Origin: Lama guanicoe
Lineage: Eukaryota
Assembly (NCBI GenBank): GCA_013239625.1
Contig: PNXV01002595.1
Coordinates: forward strand, 1 to 40,181
Reading direction: 5' to 3'
DNA length: 40,181 nucleotides
Shown: positions 11,593 through 24,390 of the stretch, one piece after another
How the letters are laid out: every line of letters begins with the position of its first letter
Numbering within the stretch: the stretch's first letter is position 1
Made by a program: the position numbers and the translations under genes
Notes under the pieces: model-generated
Told to the model about the DNA's origin: nothing
What the model saw: only the letters and a program-made list of their open reading frames with translations
Databases searched by the model: none

Positions 11593-11839
11593 CGTTCTGG
11601 CCATTTGTCTGCCTGCCTCAATTGCAACGGCAGCTTGCATGGTACGATTTGAAGGAAACTGGAAAGCTCTCTACATCATTAATGGTATCCAGAATGAGAC
11701 TACTGCAGAACTTTGGGGTATAGGAGCTTTCAAAATTCTGTGTACCTGGATAACTAGCCAATTAAACTACTGTCAGTCATTAATACTTTAGTGTAAATTA
11801 GCTTATCCTGGAGTGCTAAGCAGTGATCGTGTAATTTCA

Positions 11840-11965
11840 AACTAATTTTATAGAATGAGAAAACTGAGATCCATAATGGGAAGATTGCTTTGTAACCAAT
11901 TCAGTAACTTGAGAGAGGACAAAAACCCAAGTCTCCTGGCATTCAATTAAATACAGCATTCCGAT
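11840..11965 (-). mobile_element. MIR fragment
   Basis: 'ttttatagaatgagaaaactgaga...aacccaagtctcctggc'. Confidence 0.55.
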
Positions 11966-13072
11966 CCAAAGCCTTTCCAGTACGGGTGCTTGAGACCATC
12001 TCCTCATGAAATTTCCAGTTAGTAGAGCCTTAGGAGGAAAGAGCAAAAGACCCCTAGCAAAATGCAAATATCTTAACTGAAATAAATGCAAGTAACTTGA
12101 AAAGGTATTATCCTCAATTAGTTTATCACATTAGCTGTTCCCAGAAGTCAAGTTCCATCTTAAGACGCACTCTCTATCCGTCTATGAAAGATAAACTAGA
12201 CTTCAGAGTTCTCCAAAGCAACCATCCGCCTTGTTCCTCTTCTACATTTGACTGTGGCACGTCCCTGGGAGTCCAGGGCCCACAGACGCTGGCAGGCAGC
12301 TGCAGGGAGCTGGGTCCTTCTGAGCTGATTGTAGCCAGTCCCTGAGTCATGTAGAAGCAACTTGGAATCCTGAGACAGCAAATGCTAATTAGGAAACTGA
12401 TTACATCCCGCTGGAAGGTGAACAGTGAGTCAGTTCCTTAACGGAGGAACTGGGTTTTGACTAAAATGCCTTTGGAAATCTCATTTTAATGCTGCCCATT
12501 TCTTTAATACATTCCACCTATGCCTTCCCAACCACATCTTACACACACACACACATACAGAAAAAAACTTATGAACAATCACACTTAGCTCTTAATGCTT
12601 GATGCTAACTTCAAATAATCTCCATGTTCTGTCTTCAACCTATTTTTCCTGTAAAAAAGTACTGCTTATCTCTTTGAATTGTCAAAAGGAAATGTGCTTT
12701 TCTTACCCCATGAGGGTGGGAAAAAATCATCTTTAGTTTGCACTCAGGATCAGGAAATATACCATTGCTACAAACTGAAGTGACCTACCAAAGGTGGAAC
12801 TTCAGATCTGAGAGCAGGCGAGTGAGTGTGCTACTTGGGGAAATAAGTTCCCTCTCCACTAACTTTCAAGAGAAACTACATGTGCTGCCAGAATTTGGTA
12901 CATTCACATCTCAGTGACTTTTATACACAGGGATATTGAGCACTGAGAATAACATTATCTGCAACGCTGTAGGTGATTAAAAGGAACATCTGGCTTTCGA
13001 TTCTGAAGTCCTACGTTTTGCACAGATACATTAGGCCATTGTGTTGAGGGAAGGAATAACATCGTTCTAAAC

Positions 13073-13284
13073 CAGGGGTCAGGAAACCAGGGTTCATGGG
13101 TCAAATCTGGCATGTCACTTGTTTTGTAAAAAAAAAAAAATTGTATTGGGACAGGGACACAATCACACTCATTTATATATTGTACTGTGTGTGGCTAGAA
13201 CAGGAGAGATGAGTAATTGTGATGAGACCATATGGCTCACAAAGTCAAAAATATTTACCGTTGGCCCTTTATACAAAAAAAGGG
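13073..13284 (+). mobile_element. hAT-Charlie MITE, MER58A-like
   Basis: Starts caggggtcaggaaac; contains 'gagaccatatggctcacaaagtcaaaaatatttaccgttggccctttat'; 8-bp TSD ttctaaac/ctctaaac; 3' TIR partly deleted. Confidence 0.85.
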
Positions 13285-14214
13285 CTCTAAACCAGTAATT
13301 TACTTGCTGTAACCAATGCATCAGGTTCTGAACGCAGGCCTTTATGTTTTCAACAAGGCTTCCAGGAAAGGCTGCTATCTACCGATGTCTGAGAAATTCC
13401 ATGTGGAACTCTACGTGTGCCAGGCTTGGAGGAGGGCCTGTGCGTGAACGGAGAAAGGACAGGTTTACGACCGCTGTCCAACAGTCAGCCTCTAAGGAAA
13501 TCCTGCACGATAGCTTCCTCTTAACTTTCTGAGCCTCGTGTTCCCTCCAGCTGCCTTAGCCTCGTATTTCCTGATACTGATTCTGGTACGTTTCCACTGG
13601 CTTCCTGGCATCCCGTTTTCTTAGACAGCCAGGATTTATTTTTGGCATCACTCTTTGGGTCTGCTCTTGCCACTCATACTGTATATGATGCTTATCTGTT
13701 CCTGCTCCACTGCTGACTCCAGACATCCCCCTGGTTTTGGTCGAATTCCCATCTCAGTCTGAGTCCAAGCAAAACAACAACAACAAACACTCTTCTCAGT
13801 TGAGCGATTTCCCTCTCAGGAGGTCTGCACTTCTTAGCCGTCCATCCCAAGACACACGTGAGACTAAGACACCCAGGCAGCTGTTTTCATCCCACATCCC
13901 AAGGCCAGTCAGGGCCCAGAGCTGTTAAGTGAGATCGCCCAAGGACACACAACTCGAGAGCCTCAGGGAAAGCACTGTCGCCAAGCCCCAGGATGGCATT
14001 ACCTGGTGTGCTGTTAAATTCATACTCGGCATCATTTTCAGATCCAGGGAAGTGGCGGCGTTCCTCCCCAGCTCTGTCTATCTTCCCCAAGACTAGGGGC
14101 AGAATCTGCACTAAGATTTGCCATTAACAGTGAAAAGGTAGGTGATAACAATTTCTCTGTACACGTCCCATCCGCCTGTCTGTCCTCCTCTTAAACATTA
14201 AGCCAAAAAAAGGC

Positions 14215-14383
14215 TTTTTTTTTTAAACATTTACTCTTCTTCTTCTTCTTTTTTTTTTTTTGGTGGGTGGAGATAATCAGGTTTGTTTATTTATTTATTT
14301 ATTTTAATGGAGGTTCTGGGGCTCGAACCCAGGACCTCATGCATGCTAGGCACACGTTCTACCACTGAGCTATACCCTCCCCC
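14215..14383 (-). mobile_element. tRNA-Ala-derived camelid SINE (Vic-1 type)
   Basis: Reverse complement is ggggagggtatagctcagtggtagaacgtgtgcctagcatgcatgaggtcctgggttcgagccccagaacctcc plus (taaa)n and an A/GAA tail; A and B boxes present. Confidence 0.9.
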
Positions 14384-15420
14384 AAAAGACTTATTTTGAC
14401 TGTACAAATTTACCCAGAATTTTAACATCAAACTAAAAACACTGACCTTTTGGAGATTTAAAGACTCAAAGTTAGGGATACATCTGTTTTTCACAAACTG
14501 AGAAAATAAAGTGGTTAAAGATATCCTTACTTGCCTTAAAGCTCCCAGTACTAAACTACTGTTAAAAAGGTAAAACTAAGCATTTTGTTATGATGACTTT
14601 GAAAATACAGTAAAAATCTAACTTATTTTCAGTCTCTCCTCTTAAAAAGTTAAAACATACATAAAATTTTTGTAAACTTCATATCTAAAATATTTAGATA
14701 GGAACTTCCTAGCAATAGAACACAGCTCTGTTTATGTGGACTAATTCCCAAAATGTTTGAAAAACCAGGATACTTGCAGACAGCTATTTAGATAAGACCC
14801 TGATGGATCCGGGCCCTCCGGGAGCGCCACGAGACCTGATCTGTGTCGTATTCATCATCGGATCGTCAATGTCTTGGGTAATAACTGGAACCCAACTCGT
14901 TCCAGAAAATTTCTACAGCTTTGTTTTCTGGGATAGACAACCCTTGGACTCCAACTCCAGATTGCTTCTGTTAGAACTGTTACTCACCTTTGAACACTGG
15001 GCCTTAAGAAGGCAATCTGTCCCCACGTGGGACCCTAGGTCAACGCACCTGCTCCCAGCACTGGTCTATCCCAGCACTGGCTTCCTTCTCATCAGAATCA
15101 AGAATGCCTTGCAGCTGTGCTCCTGCAAGCTCTAATTCTCTCGTCTGTACAATTTGCTTACCACCGGTTGTTACCACCTCTGGAAAACTCTATGAGCCAC
15201 TTCCGGCAGTGCTTTCTAGGCCCCTGTAGTTCTTCTCAGGGAGATAATGAAGGTATGTGTCAAAGTTAAATGAGAGTAAAACCCCAGGGGGCAAGAGCAA
15301 ATGCAGCCACCGAGAGCGATAGAAATGACAAAGGCTATACTATAGGGACCTACTGCAGAGGGCGCTGGGTGATGTAGATGTAGGGAACATCTGGGAGGAG
15401 TAAAACAAAAAAAAACTAGA

Positions 15421-15528
15421 ACAGGACAAGACTTTGATCCAAAGAAAAAATAACACGACAAAAAAATAACACAAGACAGGGCAAGACTTTGATCAAAAGA
15501 AAAATAGTAACAGAAAAAAATAACACAA
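15421..15528. repeat. Diverged tandem duplication, about 55 bp x2
   Basis: acaggacaagactttgatccaaagaaaaa...aaaaaaataacacaa versus acagggcaagactttgatcaaaagaaaaa...aaaaaaataacacaa. Confidence 0.85.
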
Positions 15529-16161
15529 CAAAACATGGTTATTGCCATCAGTGGGTGGTGAAGACCTCTCCAGTCGAGGATGATGGAGGAAATACTCTGC
15601 AGGCGTGCTCTGAGTGAGAAGCGACAGGACAGAACATACTTGTCATGGCTAGTGACCATCCACGAGATGAGGGGGAGGGGAGCAGAGACATCAACGTGGC
15701 TAAACCAGAAGAAAAGAGGAAAAGATCAAGTTCTGAGTGAGATGGAGCATGGGTGAGGATGCACTTAAAGAGTAAATTTTAATTTTTTTCCATTGGGTAA
15801 ATCTTCTTTTCCCGTCTAGACTGCCAGATCCTAAAGGGTAGGGGCAGGTTTTGAGAGCACGTGAGAACACAGCATTACAAAATCTTGTCCAGCCCGTAGA
15901 CAAACTTGTCTAAGATCACAAGGCTAGTAGCTGTCAGAACACCTTGACATTACAGTTCTATGGGCCTACCTAGATCAAATGCATGCTTTTCTATGATGTG
16001 CATATGCATTTTAGATAGCCTTCTGTTCTTAGCTTCATTTGAAGTCTTTTCTGTTGTATATTCTTCTTTCTTACCTATAGTCTGAATCTCTATAAGCCAT
16101 CCTATGTTTTTTTTCAAATACAAAGCCATTAAATGAATCAAGAAAGAATATTATTTATATG

Positions 16162-16193
16162 ACACACACACACACACACACACATACACACAC
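16162..16193. repeat. (CA)n microsatellite
   Basis: Seen directly; similar tracts near 1501, 6130, 12540, 25772, 33998 and 35041. Confidence 0.95.
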
Positions 16194-17059
16194 TTCCCGT
16201 TAGGTGGAAAGATTTGCACTGGGTATTATAGGCTGGTTAACCTACTCTTCTATTGTCACATATTGCTAATAAAGAGATTACTTATAAACCCAAGTAAATG
16301 TGAGCCTCCATTAAAGTCGGGGGTCCCTCTCTAATACGCTTCCTTTCACATCCTCTCAACTTTTTTGTTTGCCCACTTCCTCTGGGTCTCTCCTTTCCCA
16401 CCGAGTCTCCACTATCATGGGCCAAGTTCAAAGGACACAGATTGAAGACAAAGACACTCCCCTCTTGGGTCTTAAGCCATGCATTTCTATTATTTACTGC
16501 AGTTTCATTACTTTTGATCATTATGGGGAATGTTGGCATATGGGATTGGAAATTTAGACTGAGTAACTTTCAGCAATGTGAAATGAGCTATTAACAGAAC
16601 CAAATTCTAGTTGTTCTTGGAATATGGGTTTCAGTGTCTCAGCAGCACAAGATGACCTCTTGAATTTGATGGAAGTGTACGAATAAAAAATAAATAAATA
16701 GGAAATAATAAAAATGACTTACTAAGGAATTTAAAATCATAAATGCATGTGAATTCATCTTAAAGAGGATTAATCCATCATGAATAATTAATGAGGGCTT
16801 AATGTTTGGCAGAATTGTCCCACGTACATAAGTGAACGAAGACACAGGGTAACTTTAAGTCTTAATCATCAAAAACATGAAAGACATACAATATGCTGCA
16901 TATAAATGGGTGATGTTGGAAGAAAAATGTGCTAACACACATGGTAAATTTTACATCCAATCAAATATAGAAATATATACTTATAACTACATGGGTCTCA
17001 TTACCCTAAGAAGTAGTAATAAAGTGAAAATATTAATGCCTTTGAAATGGAACACTGAA

Positions 17060-17200
17060 ACAGGCATAGACTGAGGTAATGGAGATAAGATCTAGCTCTT
17101 GCTTGGTCACCAATGGGTTGTGTGACTCTTGGGAAGTTAGTGTCTGTACCTAAACCTTTCTTCATCTGTGAAATGAGGGGAGTCAGATTATTTCTAAGCT
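17060..17200 (+). mobile_element. MIR/MIR3 fragment
   Basis: 'tgtgtgactcttgggaagtta...tttcttcatctgtgaaatgagggg'. Confidence 0.65.
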
Positions 17201-17497
17201 GAAAGAACATGTTAAGTTATGAACATATAACACACTTCTTGATATTAAATATGGACTTATTTATCAAAAGAGATTAGGAATATTTGAGACTTGCTTCTAA
17301 ATCTAGAGAGTGGTATCGACAGAGGCAACCATGGTCTCCCCAGTGTGCCCCTCAATATAATGAGATAGAGCCCAGAGCAGAACAATGAGGCCAAGTTCAA
17401 GAAGGCTGCTTTAAAGTGCTTAATCTTGAAGAAGTTTGAGCAAGGGTTTAAGTGAAAAACCATACTATTGGATTGATGGAGGAGATCATCAAGCGGA

Positions 17498-17892
17498 TGT
17501 GACTGCCGGTTGAGCAGAGAGCTGGACCTAGGCCCCTTACACGTCCCTTGACCTTGGAATGCATGCTCCACTCCACCCACCATTCTCAACATGGGAGCCA
17601 TTTTCAAGGACGCAGCCTTGAGGATGCAATCTGTTGTTAAGATCATGTGAATGGTGGATGTGACCGAGTCCCGTTAAGACCTCTTAATAAACTCAAGATG
17701 CTGGCGGCTGAGGGCAGGATCTACTTATCTTGCAGTGCCCAAGACAAGCCTCCTTTGTACATTCCCTTTCTACTTAACATCGCTGTCTACCAATCCAGAG
17801 TGGCTGCCTCTGCCTTGGTCTCTCCTTGCTCTTTAAATACAGGGGCCAGTTTCCAATTTGACCAGGAAAGCGCCTGAGGTTTCAAACCAACA
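17498..17892 (+). mobile_element. Solo LTR, MER74/MER54-related ERVL type
   Basis: 'gatctacttatcttgcagtgcccaagacaagcctcc...accaatccagagtggctgcctc...tttcaaaccaaca'; CA terminus; 5' boundary uncertain. Confidence 0.65.
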
Positions 17893-17954
17893 TAGATTAA
17901 AATTTTTCTAACACATTTCTCCTTTGCCCTTTGCAGGGAAGATGCATGACACAA

Positions 17955-18135
17955 CAACTAAGACTCTGGGATTTGAAGCCGGACTAAAACGCTGCTCTAG
18001 TATTTATTAGCTGTTTCACTTTGAGCAAGTCAACCTCTCAAGGAATCAATGATCTTACTGAAGAAGCAAAGGTAAAATAATCATCAAAATCATTCTTGTG
18101 AGGAAAGCATTAAGTAAAATATGCATTCAATAAAA
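17955..18135 (+). mobile_element. MIR fragment
   Basis: 'tttattagctgtttcactttgagcaagtcaacctctc...ttgtgagga'. Confidence 0.6.
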
Positions 18136-20714
18136 TGTAAGCATTCTGATATTCTTATTTAACCAGTTCTGGAAGAAAAAATAGAATGTTTATTACTGAA
18201 TTGGAAGAGGCATCACTGTACCCTGGAAAACTTAGTTGTTATAGCCACCTTTAAAATGGTAACATACTCATACCAGCTGATCACCATTTAAATACAATCT
18301 AACCTAATTTCTAAAATGAACATTAGCCAAAAGTTGGTCATTAAGTGAATTTAGTCTTTACTTTCATCCATCTTCCTGGGTGGAGAAGCCTCCGTGGCTG
18401 ATTCTACCCACAGTCATCGCCTGCCGTATGGAACGTGCCTGCAGGCGCGCCTCAATGCATGGGGGCAGGTGATTTCTTCATCTAAGAGTCTGCAAGTTTT
18501 TTTTTTTCCTTTTCTTTTCCTGTCAAACTCTTTGAGGGCATTGGGCTGACAGTTCTGGGTCGGACTGAGTTTAATCTTTTCCTTTCAAATCAAATTATGG
18601 GGAAAATGCCAGGGAAATGGCTCCCTAACAGCTGGCATTGTTCAGAAATCACCGAGCTTGGTGAATTTGTAAGATAAGCGTCTAAATTGTGGGGAAAGGC
18701 AGGCAGCTTCCCCTCTCGGGCTGATACCTGAGGGACTAATGACTAAATGACTCCATTTTGCTCTCCACACAATGGCCTGTCCCGGAAAACTCGTGAGGCT
18801 TTTGGGGCTCAGTGGCCTCTCCAAAAATCAGCCTGCCTAAAAGCTGGTTTGGGGTCCTCCCCGCTGCCTCTGCTCCCAATTTAGTAATCTTATAACTCTT
18901 AAAACTGATGAGGAGAGGAAAGGGTAGAGTCTAGCCTTGAGTAATGTGAAATCCCTTGAAACCTCCCCATCAAGACACGAAGACAAATGGCCAAGAAAAT
19001 AGAAAGTCCTCAAGTATTCACAGGACAAAAGCCAGAAAGAGAGAAACAACTTTTAAAATATTATTGGAGAGGCACCGCATTGCCATTAAATACTAAAATA
19101 TTAAAATTGATTGAGGTTGTGAAATAAGTGAATTACTTAGTCTCCCATGCATTAAAATTAATTTTTCATCTCCTTCTCCAGGCCACTTCCCACTGGCTTT
19201 CGTTGAGCCCTCTTAATATTTTATTTGCTGAAGGGAAAAGGTTTCCTTTTGACATATTGACATTCCTGGGGTTGGTTGACTATCTCACTGCCAACTCCGT
19301 GAGGGGATTTCTCAGTCCGAGTGAAGCAACAATAAAAAACAGAAGATTCGCTGTACCTTCTAAACTAGGCACATTTTTCACCCAGATGCCAAATATTTAT
19401 ATCCATGAAGCCACTCCCTGTGTACTTTACATTTCCACCTTTCTAATTCCCTTGCAACCTCTTCAACCATTAGCCTATTGGTAATTCATCCAAAAAAAAA
19501 AAAAAACTGAATGACAGGTTGACGTCACTGAGTTTGAGCTGCCGAAATCAGCCTTTATTTTTCTTTAGCTGGAGTTTCAGGGAATCATTTAGATCAGCCA
19601 AGGCATGGTGGTCCCTAACTTCTGGAATTAATATGGCAGATCCTTTGTAGTGAGGAGGTGAACTGGTGAACTCAAAGCTGGTATAGACATCAAAACAGAT
19701 GCTCAAAGCAGAGTGGACCAATGGCCCAAAGACATGCTCAAGTCACTGGTGACAGGCTTTCAAACTTACCAGAATATTAATCACAAAAACCTCCAAGTTT
19801 CCTGTCTTATACTCAAACGCTAAAGTTGGACTCTTTGATGTAAAAAGAAGTTTATACATGTGAGGCCAGAGGTGAGATCAGAAACACTCATGTCTCTTCA
19901 GAAAGAAGTGGGATTCCAAACTTTCCATCACTCCCTAATGTTCCCTTCTTCACCATCATGAGATGAGAACAATGTTTTTGTGCACTGCTGGAGTCATACA
20001 GTGCCATGTCTAGAGAGAAGTTTGACCCTGGTCTAGTCTAAGATCCACCTTCCAATGTCATGAAACTGCAGCAAACAGAAGGGGCTTGCTTTGCTCCAAT
20101 CAATACAGAGAACCCTGTTTCCCACATGCTCAATTCAGAACCTTTGCACAGATCATTTTTAGGGAAGCTAGTGGTAGGAATATGTTTTCTTAATCTTAAG
20201 GTTCATTCTTCTCTTCTCAGATCACTCAAGATTAGGGACTAAGGCAGAAGCCATGCTGTTTCAGGTCACTTGAGTCCAGAGGAAATGGTCCAAAGGTTAT
20301 TATCTGGTTATAATATTAATGCACTCCTGACCTGGTTCAGAATTCAGACTAAAACAGCAGTGTATAAAACCAAGAACGATCCTTTTATATTCAAAACATG
20401 TTAATTCAATCCATTCCTGTGGTGCTCTCGGGAGAAAAGTCAGAAGTCCTTAGCCCCACTCATCCTATGAGAAAATGTTGATTCAGCTCCATTACTCATA
20501 CAAAGTCACACTGTTGGTCGGTCCTGAGGGCCAGAACTTAGCTGTCCCACCACAGTGCTCTGCCCACTGTCCCCAAAAGTAAGATACAGTATAACATTTA
20601 TTTAATGAAGGACATCGATTAAATGGAAGATTCCCAACGCTTCAACAGAAGGGAACACTAACTTGTGTGATAATAATAGTGTTTACAAGAGTCAAGGGAA
20701 ATTCCGTAACAATA

Positions 20715-20925
20715 ATCTTGGGAAGCTATACTAAATAGAGCTGAAAATATTTTTGTGCACCAGAAATTTTCAAAAGCTTTAATATCTTGTTGAGCTTTGC
20801 AAACATTGACGAGGGAGACATACTAGCCTGTCGCAAGTATACGTGACCCTGGAAATCATCCACTGAGGAGCATTTCAAGTGAATACTGAGACCAGAATGT
20901 ATCCCTGGGAACACAAGTGCCGGTG
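20715..20925. mobile_element. Decayed hAT-Charlie MITE fragment
   Basis: 'cttgggaagcta...aaagctttaatat...ggagcatttc...ccctgggaacaca' resembles Charlie-derived MITE ends; family not resolved. Confidence 0.4.
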
Positions 20926-21169
20926 CACCCCACGATTCTCCAATCAGAGTTGCCAATGAGCAGACTGGAACAGAGAACCAAATACCGTTTGCTTTTGCAA
21001 AGTTTACAGTGAAAAGCTCACAGTTCTCAAGGCTTCAACCATCAACTCATTGTGAATGTGCTAAAATCACAATATATAATTTTTCTTCTCAGAGCAGACC
21101 CGTCACTTTAAGTCTAAACCTCTTAACCTGTCCACACCCAGCCATGATCTATTTTTTTCACATTAATTG

Positions 21170-21715
21170 CAGTCATACTCCTTTGCTCTTATCACATTTG
21201 TGCATTTTCTTTTCTCATAATGACCATGGCTCCTTTGAGATCTTGTCTTTGCTTATACTGTTCTTCTTATCTGTAATGAATTATTTTCTCCTTCCTCTGA
21301 AGCCTAGCACAATCCTCACTGAGGTGACCTTACATCCTATCTCCTCTCTAAGTCGTCAGCATCCCCAGCTCAGAAATGAATTTCTTCTGCTATAAACATG
21401 CACTAACTGCCTCATTTTGCTAGTTACATTTTCACAGATTTGTGTCTCATCTGCCTATTTAGGTTATAAATTCTTTTACTTATCTTTGTTTCTCCATCAG
21501 CTTGGAGCTTGGTGTCTGGCATATAAAACATTTCAAGTAATTGATCATTAAGGTTAAATGAAACACAGGAGTTGAAATTTCATCAATAGGTTGTGACCAG
21601 ATTCAAGAGCGCCTTTAAAGCCATATAGAAGACCTTGGGCTTAATCTGATAGATGTTTGGAGATGTTCTGGGTTTCTTCTTGAAGGGAAGGGATGTGAAA
21701 AAAAGGCTGCAAGCA
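21170..21715. mobile_element. L2 relics (+ strand 3' end to about 21560, then a - strand piece)
   Basis: 'ttatctttgtttctcca...gtgtctggcatataa' and 'aagccatatagaagaccttgggcttaatc'. Confidence 0.5.
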
Positions 21716-21734
21716 ATGTTCACAGGTAAACTTG

Positions 21735-21945
21735 GTGGTCACAGTTAAGCTTTCTGAATCATACTGCCTAGGTATGAATCCCAACTCTGTTCTTAGAACC
21801 TATGTGAAAGTTACTAAATCTCTCTGGCTCTCAGTTTCCTCATCTGTCAAATCAGAATAGCATTACTCCTAGGGTCACTGTGAGGTTTGGATGAAGAAAT
21901 CCATGAAAAGCCCTTAGAGCAAAGTCTGGCACCCAGTGAAGTCAA
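21735..21945 (+). mobile_element. MIR SINE
   Basis: 'gaatcccaactctg...aagttactaaatctctctggctctcagtttcctcatctgtcaaat...gtgagg...ctggcacccagt'. Confidence 0.85.
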
Positions 21946-22682
21946 GTATTCCCAGTGAAGGTACCTGGTCGGCACTCAAATCAAAAGAGTATATTCTGGT
22001 GAATTCACCATTCTCTGCATCTTAGGCTTACAGGCGGGAAGTCAGACTGGTAGCACAGCAAATGCATTAATCAAGCTTACAAGGACACTCTGTAACACAG
22101 AGAAGCCCAATTCATTAATTTACAATGAGGAATCGAACTATTAAGTAGACAGAACGCCAGTGTTTACGGATAAGCACGCTCTCTCCTGCGAACGAGTATG
22201 TGCAGGAAGCCAAATGATAACCAAGGGTTGTTTCGTGAAAGGGGAACGGAGCCAGGAGAGAAAGGGGGCGACCTCGACACATACTCAAGTTCATAGCCAG
22301 ATGCACTTCACTCTGCCACAGGCGTACACCTACCACTCAAGAGATGCCAAAACACACTCCCCACCTCATCCTTCCAGGGACAGAGGACACTCCACTTCCT
22401 CGGCCTCTGACAATGTCCCTTCATAGGTGCTACGCCCAATACCACTGCTTCCTTGTCACAATGCAGACATTAGGATGGATGTTTCCTAGAGCAATCACCA
22501 TTTACCTGGAGTTCTGCCTGAAGACTGAATTATCAGTGCTTAAAGATAATTTACTAGGACAGTTTTAAGATAGTTCTTTTAAACTTTTTTGGTGAGCCTC
22601 TGGTAGCCCTGACAGACTCAGCAGAATGGATTTCTGTATCCCTTCCACTTTGAGTCTTCTTAAGTCTGTCCTTAGATGATGG

Positions 22683-23017
22683 TGTATCAGTTAGTTGGTG
22701 TTGCATAGTAAACTACCCCAAAACTTATTGTCTCACATGTTTATTTTGAGCCCCTCTGTTGGGTAAAGACGCCGTGGGTCAGGATTTGGAGCTGGGCTCC
22801 GCTGAGCCCATCTCTGTCCTCAGGTGTCAGCTGCACCCGCACACACGTCCAGGCTCAGATATGATGGTGACTGAGGCAGTCAGGCCTCTCTCCACACGTC
22901 TCTCACCCTCCCTGTTCTGTTAGGTCCAATCAAGTGTTGGGTCAGGTGGAACAGACTCTACCTCTTGATAAAAGATGCTGCAAAGAATCTGTAGTCATAT
23001 TTCCTAAACCTTGCCAT
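22683..23017 (-). mobile_element. MaLR MLT1 solo LTR
   Basis: 'tgtatcagttag...aaactaccccaaaactta...gtgggtcaggatttgg...acagactctacctcttgat..aagatgctgcaaaga'. Confidence 0.8.
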
Positions 23018-24390
23018 AAATAGGAATAAATTATGATTGAACAAATGAATGAGTGAATGAATGCATGTGTCTTCAGGGAGAGAGGTCCTACCTGTTGGGT
23101 CCTCTGGGCAGTTGAGCTGGCAGCTCTGTAACGCATGAGTCCAGACAACCTGCTCGGAGAGGCCACAGCGAAAGGCGCCGCAGTCCCAGAAAGAAGTCTG
23201 GAGCAGTCAGCATGCATCATTCCCTCCTGACTCGCAAACTTTATGGTCCTAAGAACACAATCAGCAGGGGAGGCGGAAGCCCCGGAATGGGGGCTGACAT
23301 CCAGTGACCCCTGCCGCGGAGGCTGACGCTGACCACTTTTGCCCGGTGATCGAGTTTGATGGGTTTCATCATCTTCCTCCCGCGGCCGCGCCAGCTCTAT
23401 CGATTGCATCGCCTTCAATATCTCTTTTGTGGTTAAAGGCTGCTCCCAAGACTGCCCTCTCTGAGTTGCCTAGTTTTGTCAATTCCAATTCAGCCAGACA
23501 TCCTTTTACCCTTTCCTAGACAACAAAGCCTTCTGGTCGATGTTTAAGAAAAGAGAGAGAGACAGAGAAAGAAAACTCATAGGAGGCTTAGAAGCCTCAG
23601 AAAGTCTTGCTAAACCCTTCTTTCCTTAGGACCTATTTTCGCCTGCCTGGGTTAAGGAGAGCAGTTCTCCTTCTCTGCCGAGAGCTCGAGTTTATCTTCT
23701 TTTCCAGCCTTTTACCTCTGCCTTGGGATCTGAGAGAGAAGCCTCCGTGTTATCTTCCCCTCTCTTTTTTCTTTCAGAAAATTAAAAATGCCGTACTGAA
23801 CATAAAGATAGCCCATTCATTTTATCCCTGCCCATCACTGTCATCTTTTCTTCTAGATCAAAAAATATATATCCTTTGAGAATTCTCATTAGACCTAAAT
23901 AATGAAACGAGACCTTCTGTTTTATGCTTCAAATCCTACGTGTCTCTTTAAGATGCTGGAGAAAGGCTTTCTCAAAACGGGGGACTGTAACTAATGCTTC
24001 AGGAAGAATGTTCTGGTTATCACATCTTCCCTTCTGTTGCGTCTGCAACTTCATAATAGACATGAATCAGAATTTCCCAAAACCATGGCCAGACAGAGGT
24101 CCCCAAACTACAAGGTAAAATCCAATCCTCTGGCTATAAAAATAAAAATTTAAAAATAAGATCTTGTCGCTGCCGACTTTTCCAGCTTCAGCCTCGCCCC
24201 CAGCCCCCGCAGCCGCCCCCACAAGTGCTTGGCTCAGAAGCCCTACCAGACTGCTCATCACGTTTCCCCCCGTGAGACTGCTCCTGTGATTCCGCTGCCC
24301 AGAATTCCCTCCCCATTAGTTTGCCTGGAAAATCCCTTTTCATATTTTAGTTCACATTTCAATCTTCTCCTTATTTGGTAAGTCTTCTTT

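Noticed and set aside
14308..14383. tRNA-Ala gene (also 32310-32384)
   Set aside because: Imperfect stems, a SINE body, an A-rich tail and (for the second copy) a TSD show these are SINE heads.
22942..23418. 158-aa minus-strand ORF over the CpG patch
   Set aside because: It starts at TTG, ends in MLT1 and (attc)n sequence, and shows no recognisable homology.
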